Assembly: GCA_963718615.1 (NCBI GenBank)
Contig: OY970368.1
Coordinates: forward strand, 4,416,001-4,480,000
Reading direction: 5' to 3'
From: an uncultured cyanobacterium
GTDB taxonomy: Bacteria; Cyanobacteriota; Cyanobacteriia; PCC-9006; JAAUQQ01
DNA length: 64,000 nt
Position 1 is the stretch's first letter. Each line of letters starts with the position of its first letter. The position numbers and the translations under genes were made by a program. Shown here piece by piece: positions 22,448 through 30,535 of this stretch. The notes under the pieces were generated by a model. That model was not told where the DNA came from and did no database searches. It saw only the letters and a list, made by a program, of their open reading frames with translations.

Positions 22448-22644
22448 GTTTTGCCCTACAGTTGAACGATAACCAGACCTGGAAGGCGAGGCTAGGAGCT
22501 CTCTTCTGCGCCCATGCTCCTCAGCAGGTTCGTCCTTTAACAGCCTGAACGGCTAAAGGGAGTGAGCTACAAAACCATCGTCGCCTTATTCCCACCCCCA
22601 TTCTAGGAATTTCCCTGGAATACTCGATTTCCCTTAGCAATCCG

Positions 22645-23106
22645 ATGCATTCCTCTCAGTCTTCCGTAACGTCCTCCCCTTGGTTTGAATATCCTCTTCA
22701 AGTACATCCGCACCATACAGATTATGCCGGAATTGTCTGGCATGGTAGCTACATTCGCTGGATGGAAGAGGCTCGGGTGCATTGTTTAGAAGCGGTTGGG
22801 CTGTCCTTTGCGCAGTTGGTGGAATGGGGATTTGATTTGCCGGTGGTTGATTTGCAAATTCGCTATCGGCAAGCGCTCAAGATGGGCGCAACCGGACGGC
22901 TCAAGGCCAAGATGGAGCCGCTGCAACGGGCTCGAATTCCTTGGTCCTACGAGCTTTGGTCGGTTCAGGAGGATGTGCTGCATTTGACGGCCCAGGTTTC
23001 GTTAGTGGTGGTCGACCGGGCGTCGAGCAAGATTTTGCGACAATTACCTGCGACCCTCTCAGATGCGCTCAATAAAATTTATTGTGGTGAATTTTTGTCA
23101 CGATGA
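22645..23106 (+). CDS. 4HBT/YbgC-family acyl-CoA thioesterase
   Basis: HHTDYAGIVWHGSYIRWMEEAR. Confidence 0.88.
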   Translation: MHSSQSSVTSSPWFEYPLQVHPHHTDYAGIVWHGSYIRWMEEARVHCLEAVGLSFAQLVEWGFDLPVVDLQIRYRQALKMGATGRLKAKMEPLQRARIPWSYELWSVQEDVLHLTAQVSLVVVDRASSKILRQLPATLSDALNKIYCGEFLSR

Positions 23107-23118
23107 GGGGTCCCGCTG

Positions 23119-23958
23119 ATGAAGCCCTGTGGACTGATTAGCCTGACGACCGACTTTGGGATCCAGGATTCCTATGTGGGGATCATCAAGGGCGTGATGT
23201 TGGCGATTGAGCCACAGTTGCGCTGGGTTGATCTCACCCATGATCTGCCACCGCAGGATTTGTGGGCGGCGCGGTTTCAGTTGGCGATCGCCCTTCCCTA
23301 TCTTCCCCTTGGCACAGTACACCTTGCGGTCATTGATCCCGGCGTGGGCAGCGATCGCGCGGCGATCGCTATCGAATTCGACCTGGGCTGGCTCGTTGGC
23401 CCCAACAACGGCATTTTTAGCGGTGTTTTAGAGCGGTTCCCGGCGCGGCGAGCGGTCCGGCTGAGCAATCCGACCTATTGGCGCTGTCCTGACCCTAGCT
23501 ATACCTTTCATGGTCGGGATATTTTTGCCCCTGTCGCGGCCCATTTGGCACGAGGGATCACGCTAGCGGAGTTGGGTGAGCCTTTAGATCTCAGAGCGTT
23601 AGTCGGGTTGTCGCTTGAATCCGATGAATTAGGCGATGAATCAGACGGGGAAACTCGGGGCCGGATTCAGGCGATCGATCGCTTTGGAAATGCCATTACG
23701 ACAATCGCAAATGATAGGGTCAGCGGGTCAGCGGACGTTTGGGAGCCCAAGGTTGCGGTGACCTGGTGTTTACGGATCAAGGGGCTGCAAATTCCGGGCG
23801 GAAAGATTTATGGCGATCGCCCCATCGGTGCCCCCATTGCCTTGCAGGGAAGCCATGGCTGGCTAGAAATTGCGGTGAATGGGGGCAGTGCCCAAGCGCA
23901 GTTGGGGATCCAGGTGGGGGATGTAGTGGATTTGAGGTTAGGGCAAGGGTCAGGATAA
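23119..23958 (+). CDS. SAM hydroxide adenosyltransferase (DUF62) family
   Basis: LTTDFG, AVIDPGVG, TFHGRDIFAPVAA, IDRFGN, LEIAVNGGSA. Confidence 0.9.
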   Translation: MKPCGLISLTTDFGIQDSYVGIIKGVMLAIEPQLRWVDLTHDLPPQDLWAARFQLAIALPYLPLGTVHLAVIDPGVGSDRAAIAIEFDLGWLVGPNNGIFSGVLERFPARRAVRLSNPTYWRCPDPSYTFHGRDIFAPVAAHLARGITLAELGEPLDLRALVGLSLESDELGDESDGETRGRIQAIDRFGNAITTIANDRVSGSADVWEPKVAVTWCLRIKGLQIPGGKIYGDRPIGAPIALQGSHGWLEIAVNGGSAQAQLGIQVGDVVDLRLGQGSG

Positions 23959-24669
23959 ATCCTCAGGCCGATTGCAATTGTGTAATTGGCGAGGATCGTG
24001 GACGGGAAGGGCTTCGACGGATTCGGTGGCGAGCCAGCGCTGGAACGAGCGGTGTCCTTGGGCGATCGCCCGCTGCACAGCATCCAAACAGCTCCGGCGA
24101 TAAAATCCGCACAGGGGCTCCCAAGCTTTATCCCAAGCTTTGGCCCGATCTTTGTAGGAATCCGGTGAGGTGGAGATTTGAGGCAAAAGGGCAGTGGTCT
24201 CAGGATGGGCTTGGTGCAATCGGGGCAGCCAGTGGATCAGGGTTTCGGCTTCGAGGAACGGTAAATCGCAGGCCAGTAGCAGAATCCAATCTGCATCTAA
24301 TTGCTGGAGGCCCCAGGCAAAAGCGACGAGGGGTCCCGGTGGCGGTTCGTTAGGTTGGCGGGGTTCGGCGATCGCTTGGCAGCCAGGGGGCAGGAGCGGG
24401 GCGTAAGTTTCGAGGCGGGGGCTGAGGACCCAAACGCGAGCGCAACAGGCCAAAGCCAGATGACAGGTTCGGGTGAGCAGCGATTCGCCAGAGGGCAGGG
24501 GTAGGAGGGCTTTGTCTTGGCCCATGCGGGTGCTGTTGCCGCCTGCGAGGATGAGGGCTTGGGGGGTGATGGGGGTGATGGGGGGGTTATATATGGGTGA
24601 GAGTTTGTTGGAGATGGTTGAGGCGATCGCCCACGGCTCCGGATTGCAGGAGCGATCGTGTTTGCTCAA
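23950..24669 (-). CDS. mobA: molybdenum cofactor guanylyltransferase
   Basis: LILAGGNSTRMGQDKA, GPL, LACDLP, EPLCGFY, NCNRPEDL; start uncertain (overlaps upstream gene). Confidence 0.88.
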   Translation of the reverse strand: MSKHDRSCNPEPWAIASTISNKLSPIYNPPITPITPQALILAGGNSTRMGQDKALLPLPSGESLLTRTCHLALACCARVWVLSPRLETYAPLLPPGCQAIAEPRQPNEPPPGPLVAFAWGLQQLDADWILLLACDLPFLEAETLIHWLPRLHQAHPETTALLPQISTSPDSYKDRAKAWDKAWEPLCGFYRRSCLDAVQRAIAQGHRSFQRWLATESVEALPVHDPRQLHNCNRPEDLS

Positions 24670-25642
24670 TGCCTGTCGCTAAACTCGGGGCGACACCGGC
24701 TTGCCAGAGATAAAATCCGCCGTTCCAGAGGACGGCGGGCCAGAGGGGATTGACCTCGGGATTGCTTTCGCCAGTGAGGGTATCTTTGGCCCAGTGTTGC
24801 CAATCTAGGTCGGTTAAAAATGGGATTTCGGGTCCGCCTAGGTCATAATCTCGGGCATGGAGAATGAGGCGTTTGGGGGGCTGATCGGTTTGGTGGCGGC
24901 TGAGGATGGCGCTGCGATCGCGGGCCAAATCACAACTCCCTTCCAGACCTTTCACGAAAATCACATCCGAATGTCCTCGCAGGGCCAGGGTTGCCAGTAA
25001 ACGTTCCTCTGTGGGGGGATGGACAAAGCCCGCAACCAGCATCGCAGGACCGGCATAGGGATTCCAAACCAGTTCCATGGAGGCGATGGGGGGACGTTTG
25101 CCCAATTCTTCCCGGTAGATCGTTAATCCCTCGGCTAACGGAAAATGTTCGGGTAAGTACACCAAGCCCATGCCCGTTTTGGCCAGAACGGTCTGAAGTT
25201 GGGCCAGAGACAACCGGGTCCAATCCACGCCCAGCAATTGCCAGAGATCCACGAGGGGAATTCCAAACTTGGTCGGCATGCGGCGACCGCCATGGTGCAG
25301 GCTGGGAATTTCGGCGGCGGCGAGGAGCAGACTGAGGATGGGGGCCACGGGGGCCGTGCGCGATCGCCCGTCATAGGGATGACCAAACACCCAAAGGGGC
25401 TGGTCCGACACGGATGCTAATTGGGGACCGAGTTGTTCATAGGCATCCAGCATGCCTGCCAGTTCAGCGGGGGTGGGACGCTTAATCCGGTGGGCAATCA
25501 TAAAAGCCCCGATTTGGGCGGGGGTGGCCTCCTGCTGGAGCATCATCACCATGGCACGAGCGGCGGCTTCACGGGTCAGCGATTGGCTGGTGTGAGCACC
25601 ACTGCCCACCTGTTGAAGTAAGGCTCGAAACGCACTGCTCAT
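24587..25642 (-). CDS. anthranilate phosphoribosyltransferase-like (YbiB/TrpD2) protein
   Basis: AQIGAFMIAHRIKRPT, YDGRSRTAP, YREELGKRPP, FVHPPTE, VKGLEGS. Confidence 0.85.
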   Translation of the reverse strand: MSSAFRALLQQVGSGAHTSQSLTREAAARAMVMMLQQEATPAQIGAFMIAHRIKRPTPAELAGMLDAYEQLGPQLASVSDQPLWVFGHPYDGRSRTAPVAPILSLLLAAAEIPSLHHGGRRMPTKFGIPLVDLWQLLGVDWTRLSLAQLQTVLAKTGMGLVYLPEHFPLAEGLTIYREELGKRPPIASMELVWNPYAGPAMLVAGFVHPPTEERLLATLALRGHSDVIFVKGLEGSCDLARDRSAILSRHQTDQPPKRLILHARDYDLGGPEIPFLTDLDWQHWAKDTLTGESNPEVNPLWPAVLWNGGFYLWQAGVAPSLATGIEQTRSLLQSGAVGDRLNHLQQTLTHI

Positions 25643-25652
25643 GGGGAAAGAC

Positions 25653-26594
25653 TCATTGAGAAATCACGGAGGGGAGGGGAGAAGGTAAGAGTGTGGGGTC
25701 AGGACGGCTTAGCAGGGCTTGGGTAATTTCGCAAAAGCGCTTGATCGGCGGAATTTGGAGGCGATCGTGGGTCGTGACCAGAACCACTTGCCGAGTCAGG
25801 TGCGGTTTAGCCAAATCCCGGACAATGAGCGTTGGATCCTCTTGGGCCTCGACTAGGGCCGCTTGGGGGAGCAAGGCGATGGACCGCCCCTGACGCACGA
25901 CCCCCCGGAAGGCATCCAGGGTATTGAGTTCAACGGCCACTTGTAAGCGTAAATCTTGCCGCTGGAATTGCTCCTGCACCAACCGCTGCATCCCGTAGCC
26001 GTCCTTAAAGACCACCTGGGGGAATTTCGCTAACTCGGACCAGGGGATTTCTCGGAGCTCCGCCAAGGGGTGATTGGCGGCCATTAAGACCTGAACCGAT
26101 TCTAGATACAAAGGCTGAACCGATAGCTCTGCTGTATTGGTCAAAAAAGGATTGTGCATGACCACGGCGGCATCTACCATGCCATCCCGCAGGACTTTGA
26201 GGGCGCGATCGCTCCCCAGGGAAGTCACTCGCAACTGGGTATGGGGATAGTCCCGGCGAAAGTGTTCCAGGATCGGCGGCAGATAGTTGGCGCAAACCGA
26301 GGCGATCGCCGCAATACAAAGTTCTGGCTGCTGTCCCAGCCGCAGGGTATTCAAATCCTCCGTGGCCTGCTGCCACTCGTTCCAGATCTTGCGGGCGCGG
26401 GGCAGTAGGTGATCCCCGGCGACGGTCAACTTGGCCTGAGCCCCCCGATGGAACAGCGGCAATCCCGTCGCCGACTCCAGGGACTGAATCTGACGACTAA
26501 TTGTAGATTGGGTCACACCGCACCGTCGGGCTGCCTTTTGAAAGCTACCGGTTTCGGCGATCGCCAAAAATGCCTGAATTTGCTCTAAACGCAT
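25653..26594 (-). CDS. ntcB: LysR-family nitrogen assimilation regulator
   Basis: MRLEQIQAFLAIAETGSFQKAARRCGVTQSTISRQI, LGSDRALKVL, FKDGYGMQRLV. Confidence 0.8.
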   Translation of the reverse strand: MRLEQIQAFLAIAETGSFQKAARRCGVTQSTISRQIQSLESATGLPLFHRGAQAKLTVAGDHLLPRARKIWNEWQQATEDLNTLRLGQQPELCIAAIASVCANYLPPILEHFRRDYPHTQLRVTSLGSDRALKVLRDGMVDAAVVMHNPFLTNTAELSVQPLYLESVQVLMAANHPLAELREIPWSELAKFPQVVFKDGYGMQRLVQEQFQRQDLRLQVAVELNTLDAFRGVVRQGRSIALLPQAALVEAQEDPTLIVRDLAKPHLTRQVVLVTTHDRLQIPPIKRFCEITQALLSRPDPTLLPSPLPSVISQ

Positions 26595-26762
26595 GGCAGG
26601 GAATAACCAAATAACCGCCGATTGGACCGAAGCGCAGGGCCTAAGGGAATGCGGGGGATGGGATTAATACCTAACAAAATTTTGACCGATATTCCGTGAG
26701 AACCATTACAAAAAAGCAAAGCCGTAGGGGCATCATAACCGCAGGAGGGAGTCAGGAGGCTG

Positions 26763-27992
26763 ATGGCATCTGCCCTATCCAGAACGTGCCCAAATCCTAT
26801 GAATGGTTCCGCAGATCCCATCCTTACCACCGCTAGCGGTTACTCAGCCCTGGAGCTGATTCAAACCATTCAGGCGTTGATTCAGTCGGAGCTGAATGGA
26901 CGCCTGTTTATTGAATTGGATGAAGATCCAGGCTGGAGTCTTGACTTTCGGGTAGGCCGCTTGGTGTGGGCAACCGGTGGGAGTCATCGTTTTCGCCGCT
27001 GGCAGCGATCGCTCCGTCAGTTTTGTCCGAATACGGCCCCCAGCCATGTACAGCTGCGGGAAAAGGAAATTTTTGATCATTGGGAATATTTGGCCCTTTC
27101 GGTCTTGATCAAACGTCAGCAGCTCAATCGAGAAGGGGCGATCGCCCTAGTCGAAACCACGCTGATGGAAGTCCTGTTTGATATTCTCCAAGCAGCGCCT
27201 CAAATTCGACGCATTTATACCAGCACAGAGCGACAGGCCCATGTGGGGGATCCGATCGCGATTCTGAGCAATGCAGAACTTTTGGCTCGGGCGCAACAGT
27301 CGTTGCAAGGCTGGCAGGACATTGGCTTGAGCAGCATTTCTCCTAATCTGGCCCCTAAGATCCGAAATCCCGAGGCGCTGCAAAAGGTCACCTCTCCCAA
27401 AACCTATCAAACCCTTTCCAGTTTGCTCCAGGGACGACTCTCCTTTCGGGATTTGTCGGTGATCATGCACCATGATTTAGCCACCCTAGGCCGCAGTTTG
27501 GTCAACTATTTGCGTCGGGACTTGGTCAGTCTCAAAACCTTACCGGATCTCTCCAGTCCCTATGCGGGGGAAGGCAACGAGCGGGCTCCGTCTAAGTCGG
27601 CGAACCAACTACCGCTGATCTTTTGTATTGATGACAGTCCCCAAATTTGCTACATCATGGAGGAAACGTTGCGATCGGCGGGCTATCGCTGCATGAGTGT
27701 CCAAGACTCGATCCAGGCCCTACCGACGTTGATTAAGCAAAAGCCCAAGATGATTTTTTTGGATTTGGTCATGCCGGTGGCCAATGGCTATGAAATCTGT
27801 AGCCAAATTCGGCGAGTGGCCGCATTCCGAAAACTTCCCATTGTGATTTTGACGGGCAACGATGGGGTGGTCGATCGTGTGCGGGCTAAGGCGGTTGGGG
27901 CAACGGATTTTATGGTTAAACCTGTTGAGCCGGAGAAGATTCTACACATGGTGCGTCGCTGTTTGACGGAGACGGCTTCGGCGTCGCATTGA
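26763..27992 (+). CDS. PatA-type response regulator (PATAN + REC)
   Basis: N-terminal W-x-L-x-F-x-x-G-R-L-V-W-A-T-G, C-terminal REC (IDDS, FLDLVMP, KP). Confidence 0.85.
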   Translation: MASALSRTCPNPMNGSADPILTTASGYSALELIQTIQALIQSELNGRLFIELDEDPGWSLDFRVGRLVWATGGSHRFRRWQRSLRQFCPNTAPSHVQLREKEIFDHWEYLALSVLIKRQQLNREGAIALVETTLMEVLFDILQAAPQIRRIYTSTERQAHVGDPIAILSNAELLARAQQSLQGWQDIGLSSISPNLAPKIRNPEALQKVTSPKTYQTLSSLLQGRLSFRDLSVIMHHDLATLGRSLVNYLRRDLVSLKTLPDLSSPYAGEGNERAPSKSANQLPLIFCIDDSPQICYIMEETLRSAGYRCMSVQDSIQALPTLIKQKPKMIFLDLVMPVANGYEICSQIRRVAAFRKLPIVILTGNDGVVDRVRAKAVGATDFMVKPVEPEKILHMVRRCLTETASASH

Positions 27993-28116
27993 GGTTTTCC
28001 CTACCGCCAATCCACTGAGCGATCGCAGGACAAAACCGGAAAAGAGGCCCGGAGCCGGTCTCGTGTGTATTGTATAAAAAGGAAATTCCCTCCTTGGCTT
28101 CGTACGAAAGATTACG

Positions 28117-30471
28117 ATGAGTGAAGCAGATACCTGTCGAAAGTACGTATTACCCAAGCTCTATAATGTAGGTTGGACAGACGGCCAGATTGCAGAGCAG
28201 CGGGAGTTTACAGATGGTCGGATCTTTGTCCAGCAGAGCTCCGATGCAAAGCGAAAAAAGAAAAAGCGGGCTGATTATTTGCTGCGCTACACCCGAGACT
28301 TTGCGATCGCCGTTGTCGAAGCCAAAGCGTCTGATAAGTCTCCCTACGACGGGCTTCAACAGGCCAAGGAATATGCTGAGATTTTGGGGCTCAAGTTTGC
28401 CTATGCCACGAATGGGGTCAATATCGTTGAATTTGACTACACGACGGGAAAGCTACAGGAAATTGATACATTCCCCAGTCCCCAGGAGCTTTGGGGGCGC
28501 TGGCAAATTTCTGAGGATTTGACGGGTGAGGAGCAGCTAAAGTGTCTTCTGACACCGTTTAATTTGATCAGTGGTAAAACGCCTCGCTATTACCAAGAAA
28601 TTGCTATCAATCGTGCAGTTCAGGCGATTGTACAGGGGCAGAAACGGGTTTTTTTGACGATGGCGACGGGAACGGGAAAAACGGTGGTAGCGTTTCAGAT
28701 CTGCTGGAAGTTGTGGAGCGCTCGTTGGAACCGCAGTGAGGAATATCGTCGCCCGAAGCTTTTGTTTTTGGCCGATCGCAATATCTTGGTTGATGACCCC
28801 AAGGACAAAACTTTTACGCCCTTCGAGGATGCCCGCTGGAAGCTGGAGGGTGGGGTCGTTCAAAAGGGCCGAGAGATCTATTTTTCAACCTATCAGGCTT
28901 TAGCCGAGGATGAGATAAGGCCAGGACTGTATCGAGAATATGCGCCGGATTTTTTTGATCTGATTATTGTGGATGAATGCCATCGCGGCAGTGCCCGAGC
29001 AGAAAGTAGTTGGCGATCGATACTGACCTACTTTGAGCCTGCCTATCAACTGGGGCTCACCGCCACCCCCAAGCGAGACGATAATGTTGATACCTATCTT
29101 TACTTCGGCAATCCGATTTATACCTACTCGTTGCGGCAGGGAATCGAAGATGGCTTTCTAGCCCCCTATCGGGTACATCGCATTCTCAGCAGTTGGGACC
29201 GAGATGGTTGGACTCCCGGTGCTGAGGATATTGAGCGCTATGGACGAGATTTGCCGGAAGATACATTTCAAACGAAGGATTTTGATCGGGCGATTGCCCT
29301 CAAAAAGCGCACCGAAGCAATCGCGCGTCATCTCACCGAGCATTTGCAAACCACGGGACGTTTTGCCAAAACCATCATTTTCTGTGTTGATGAAGCCCAT
29401 GCGGCTGAAATGATGGCAGAACTGATCCGGCTCAATAAGGATTTGGTTCAACAACACCCTGACTATATTTGCCGCGTTACTTCTATAGAGGGCAGTATTG
29501 GCCGAGGTCATCTGAGTAACTGCCAGGATGTAGAGCGGGAAACACCCGTGATTCTGACCACCTCAAAAATGCTGACAACGGGGGTTGATATTCCCACCTG
29601 TAAGAACATTGTTCTGGTGCGGGTGATTAATTCGATGACAGAGTTCAAGCAGATTATTGGGCGAGGTACCCGAGTTCGGGAGGATTACGGCAAGCTCTAT
29701 TTCACGATTTTGGATTACACTGGCAGCGCCACGCGATTATTCCGCGACGATGAGTTCGATCGAGAACCGTTGGAAATCACGGCGGAGGAAATAGACGAAC
29801 TGGGTGCCGTGATTCCTGCAACGAAGACCGTTTTAGAGTCGAACGAAGATCAAGAGTCTACAGGGCTGAATAGTTTGAGCCCAGACAATGAGGATGCCCC
29901 CAGGAAGCTCTATGTGGAAGGTGATGGTGGACGCATCGTCAAAGAAATGGTGTATGACCTGGATGCCTATGGTCACGACCTTCGGCTGGTAAAGCTGATT
30001 GATTACACAGGTGAGGAGATGCGCACGATGTATCAGTCTGACGCGGAGGTGCGGCGGCAGTGGGCCAACCCCCAACAGCGCTCAGAGATTATCAAACAGT
30101 TGCACGATCGCGGCATAGATTTTGAAGATCTCAAAAAAGTGACGGAGCAACCCGACGCTGATCCCCTGGATCTCCTCTGCCACTTGGCCTTCGATGCACC
30201 ATTGCTGACCCGGCGACAGCGGGCTGAAAAACTGCGGAGCGATCGCCAGGACTTCTTCGACCAGTACGGGAAGCTGGCTAGAGAAATTCTCAATACGCTG
30301 CTTGATAAGTATGCTGACCACGGTGTGGAAGAATTCTCATTTCCCTATGTGCTCAAGGTCCCGCCAATCTCGGGTTATGGCAATGTGGTTGAAATTGCAG
30401 CGCTGTTTGGGGGACCCGAGCAGTTATTGGGGGCGGTAACGGAATTGCAACGTCTTTTGTACGCAGCTTAG
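28117..30471 (+). CDS. hsdR: type I restriction endonuclease subunit R (EcoAI/EcoEI-like)
   Basis: ADY...VEAK nuclease motif, MATGTGKT, DECHRG, GLTATP, QIIGRGTR, EcoEI-type C-terminus. Confidence 0.95.
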   Translation: MSEADTCRKYVLPKLYNVGWTDGQIAEQREFTDGRIFVQQSSDAKRKKKKRADYLLRYTRDFAIAVVEAKASDKSPYDGLQQAKEYAEILGLKFAYATNGVNIVEFDYTTGKLQEIDTFPSPQELWGRWQISEDLTGEEQLKCLLTPFNLISGKTPRYYQEIAINRAVQAIVQGQKRVFLTMATGTGKTVVAFQICWKLWSARWNRSEEYRRPKLLFLADRNILVDDPKDKTFTPFEDARWKLEGGVVQKGREIYFSTYQALAEDEIRPGLYREYAPDFFDLIIVDECHRGSARAESSWRSILTYFEPAYQLGLTATPKRDDNVDTYLYFGNPIYTYSLRQGIEDGFLAPYRVHRILSSWDRDGWTPGAEDIERYGRDLPEDTFQTKDFDRAIALKKRTEAIARHLTEHLQTTGRFAKTIIFCVDEAHAAEMMAELIRLNKDLVQQHPDYICRVTSIEGSIGRGHLSNCQDVERETPVILTTSKMLTTGVDIPTCKNIVLVRVINSMTEFKQIIGRGTRVREDYGKLYFTILDYTGSATRLFRDDEFDREPLEITAEEIDELGAVIPATKTVLESNEDQESTGLNSLSPDNEDAPRKLYVEGDGGRIVKEMVYDLDAYGHDLRLVKLIDYTGEEMRTMYQSDAEVRRQWANPQQRSEIIKQLHDRGIDFEDLKKVTEQPDADPLDLLCHLAFDAPLLTRRQRAEKLRSDRQDFFDQYGKLAREILNTLLDKYADHGVEEFSFPYVLKVPPISGYGNVVEIAALFGGPEQLLGAVTELQRLLYAA

Positions 30472-30535
30472 TAAAATAGGATTGACATAGTACATTCGTC
30501 TATGTTCTTACGTCTTGTTGAACGACGATCGTGCC

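Noticed and set aside
23119-23958. Fluorinase/chlorinase natural-product gene
   Set aside because: The TFHGRD motif and housekeeping context fit the widespread DUF62 SAM hydrolase.
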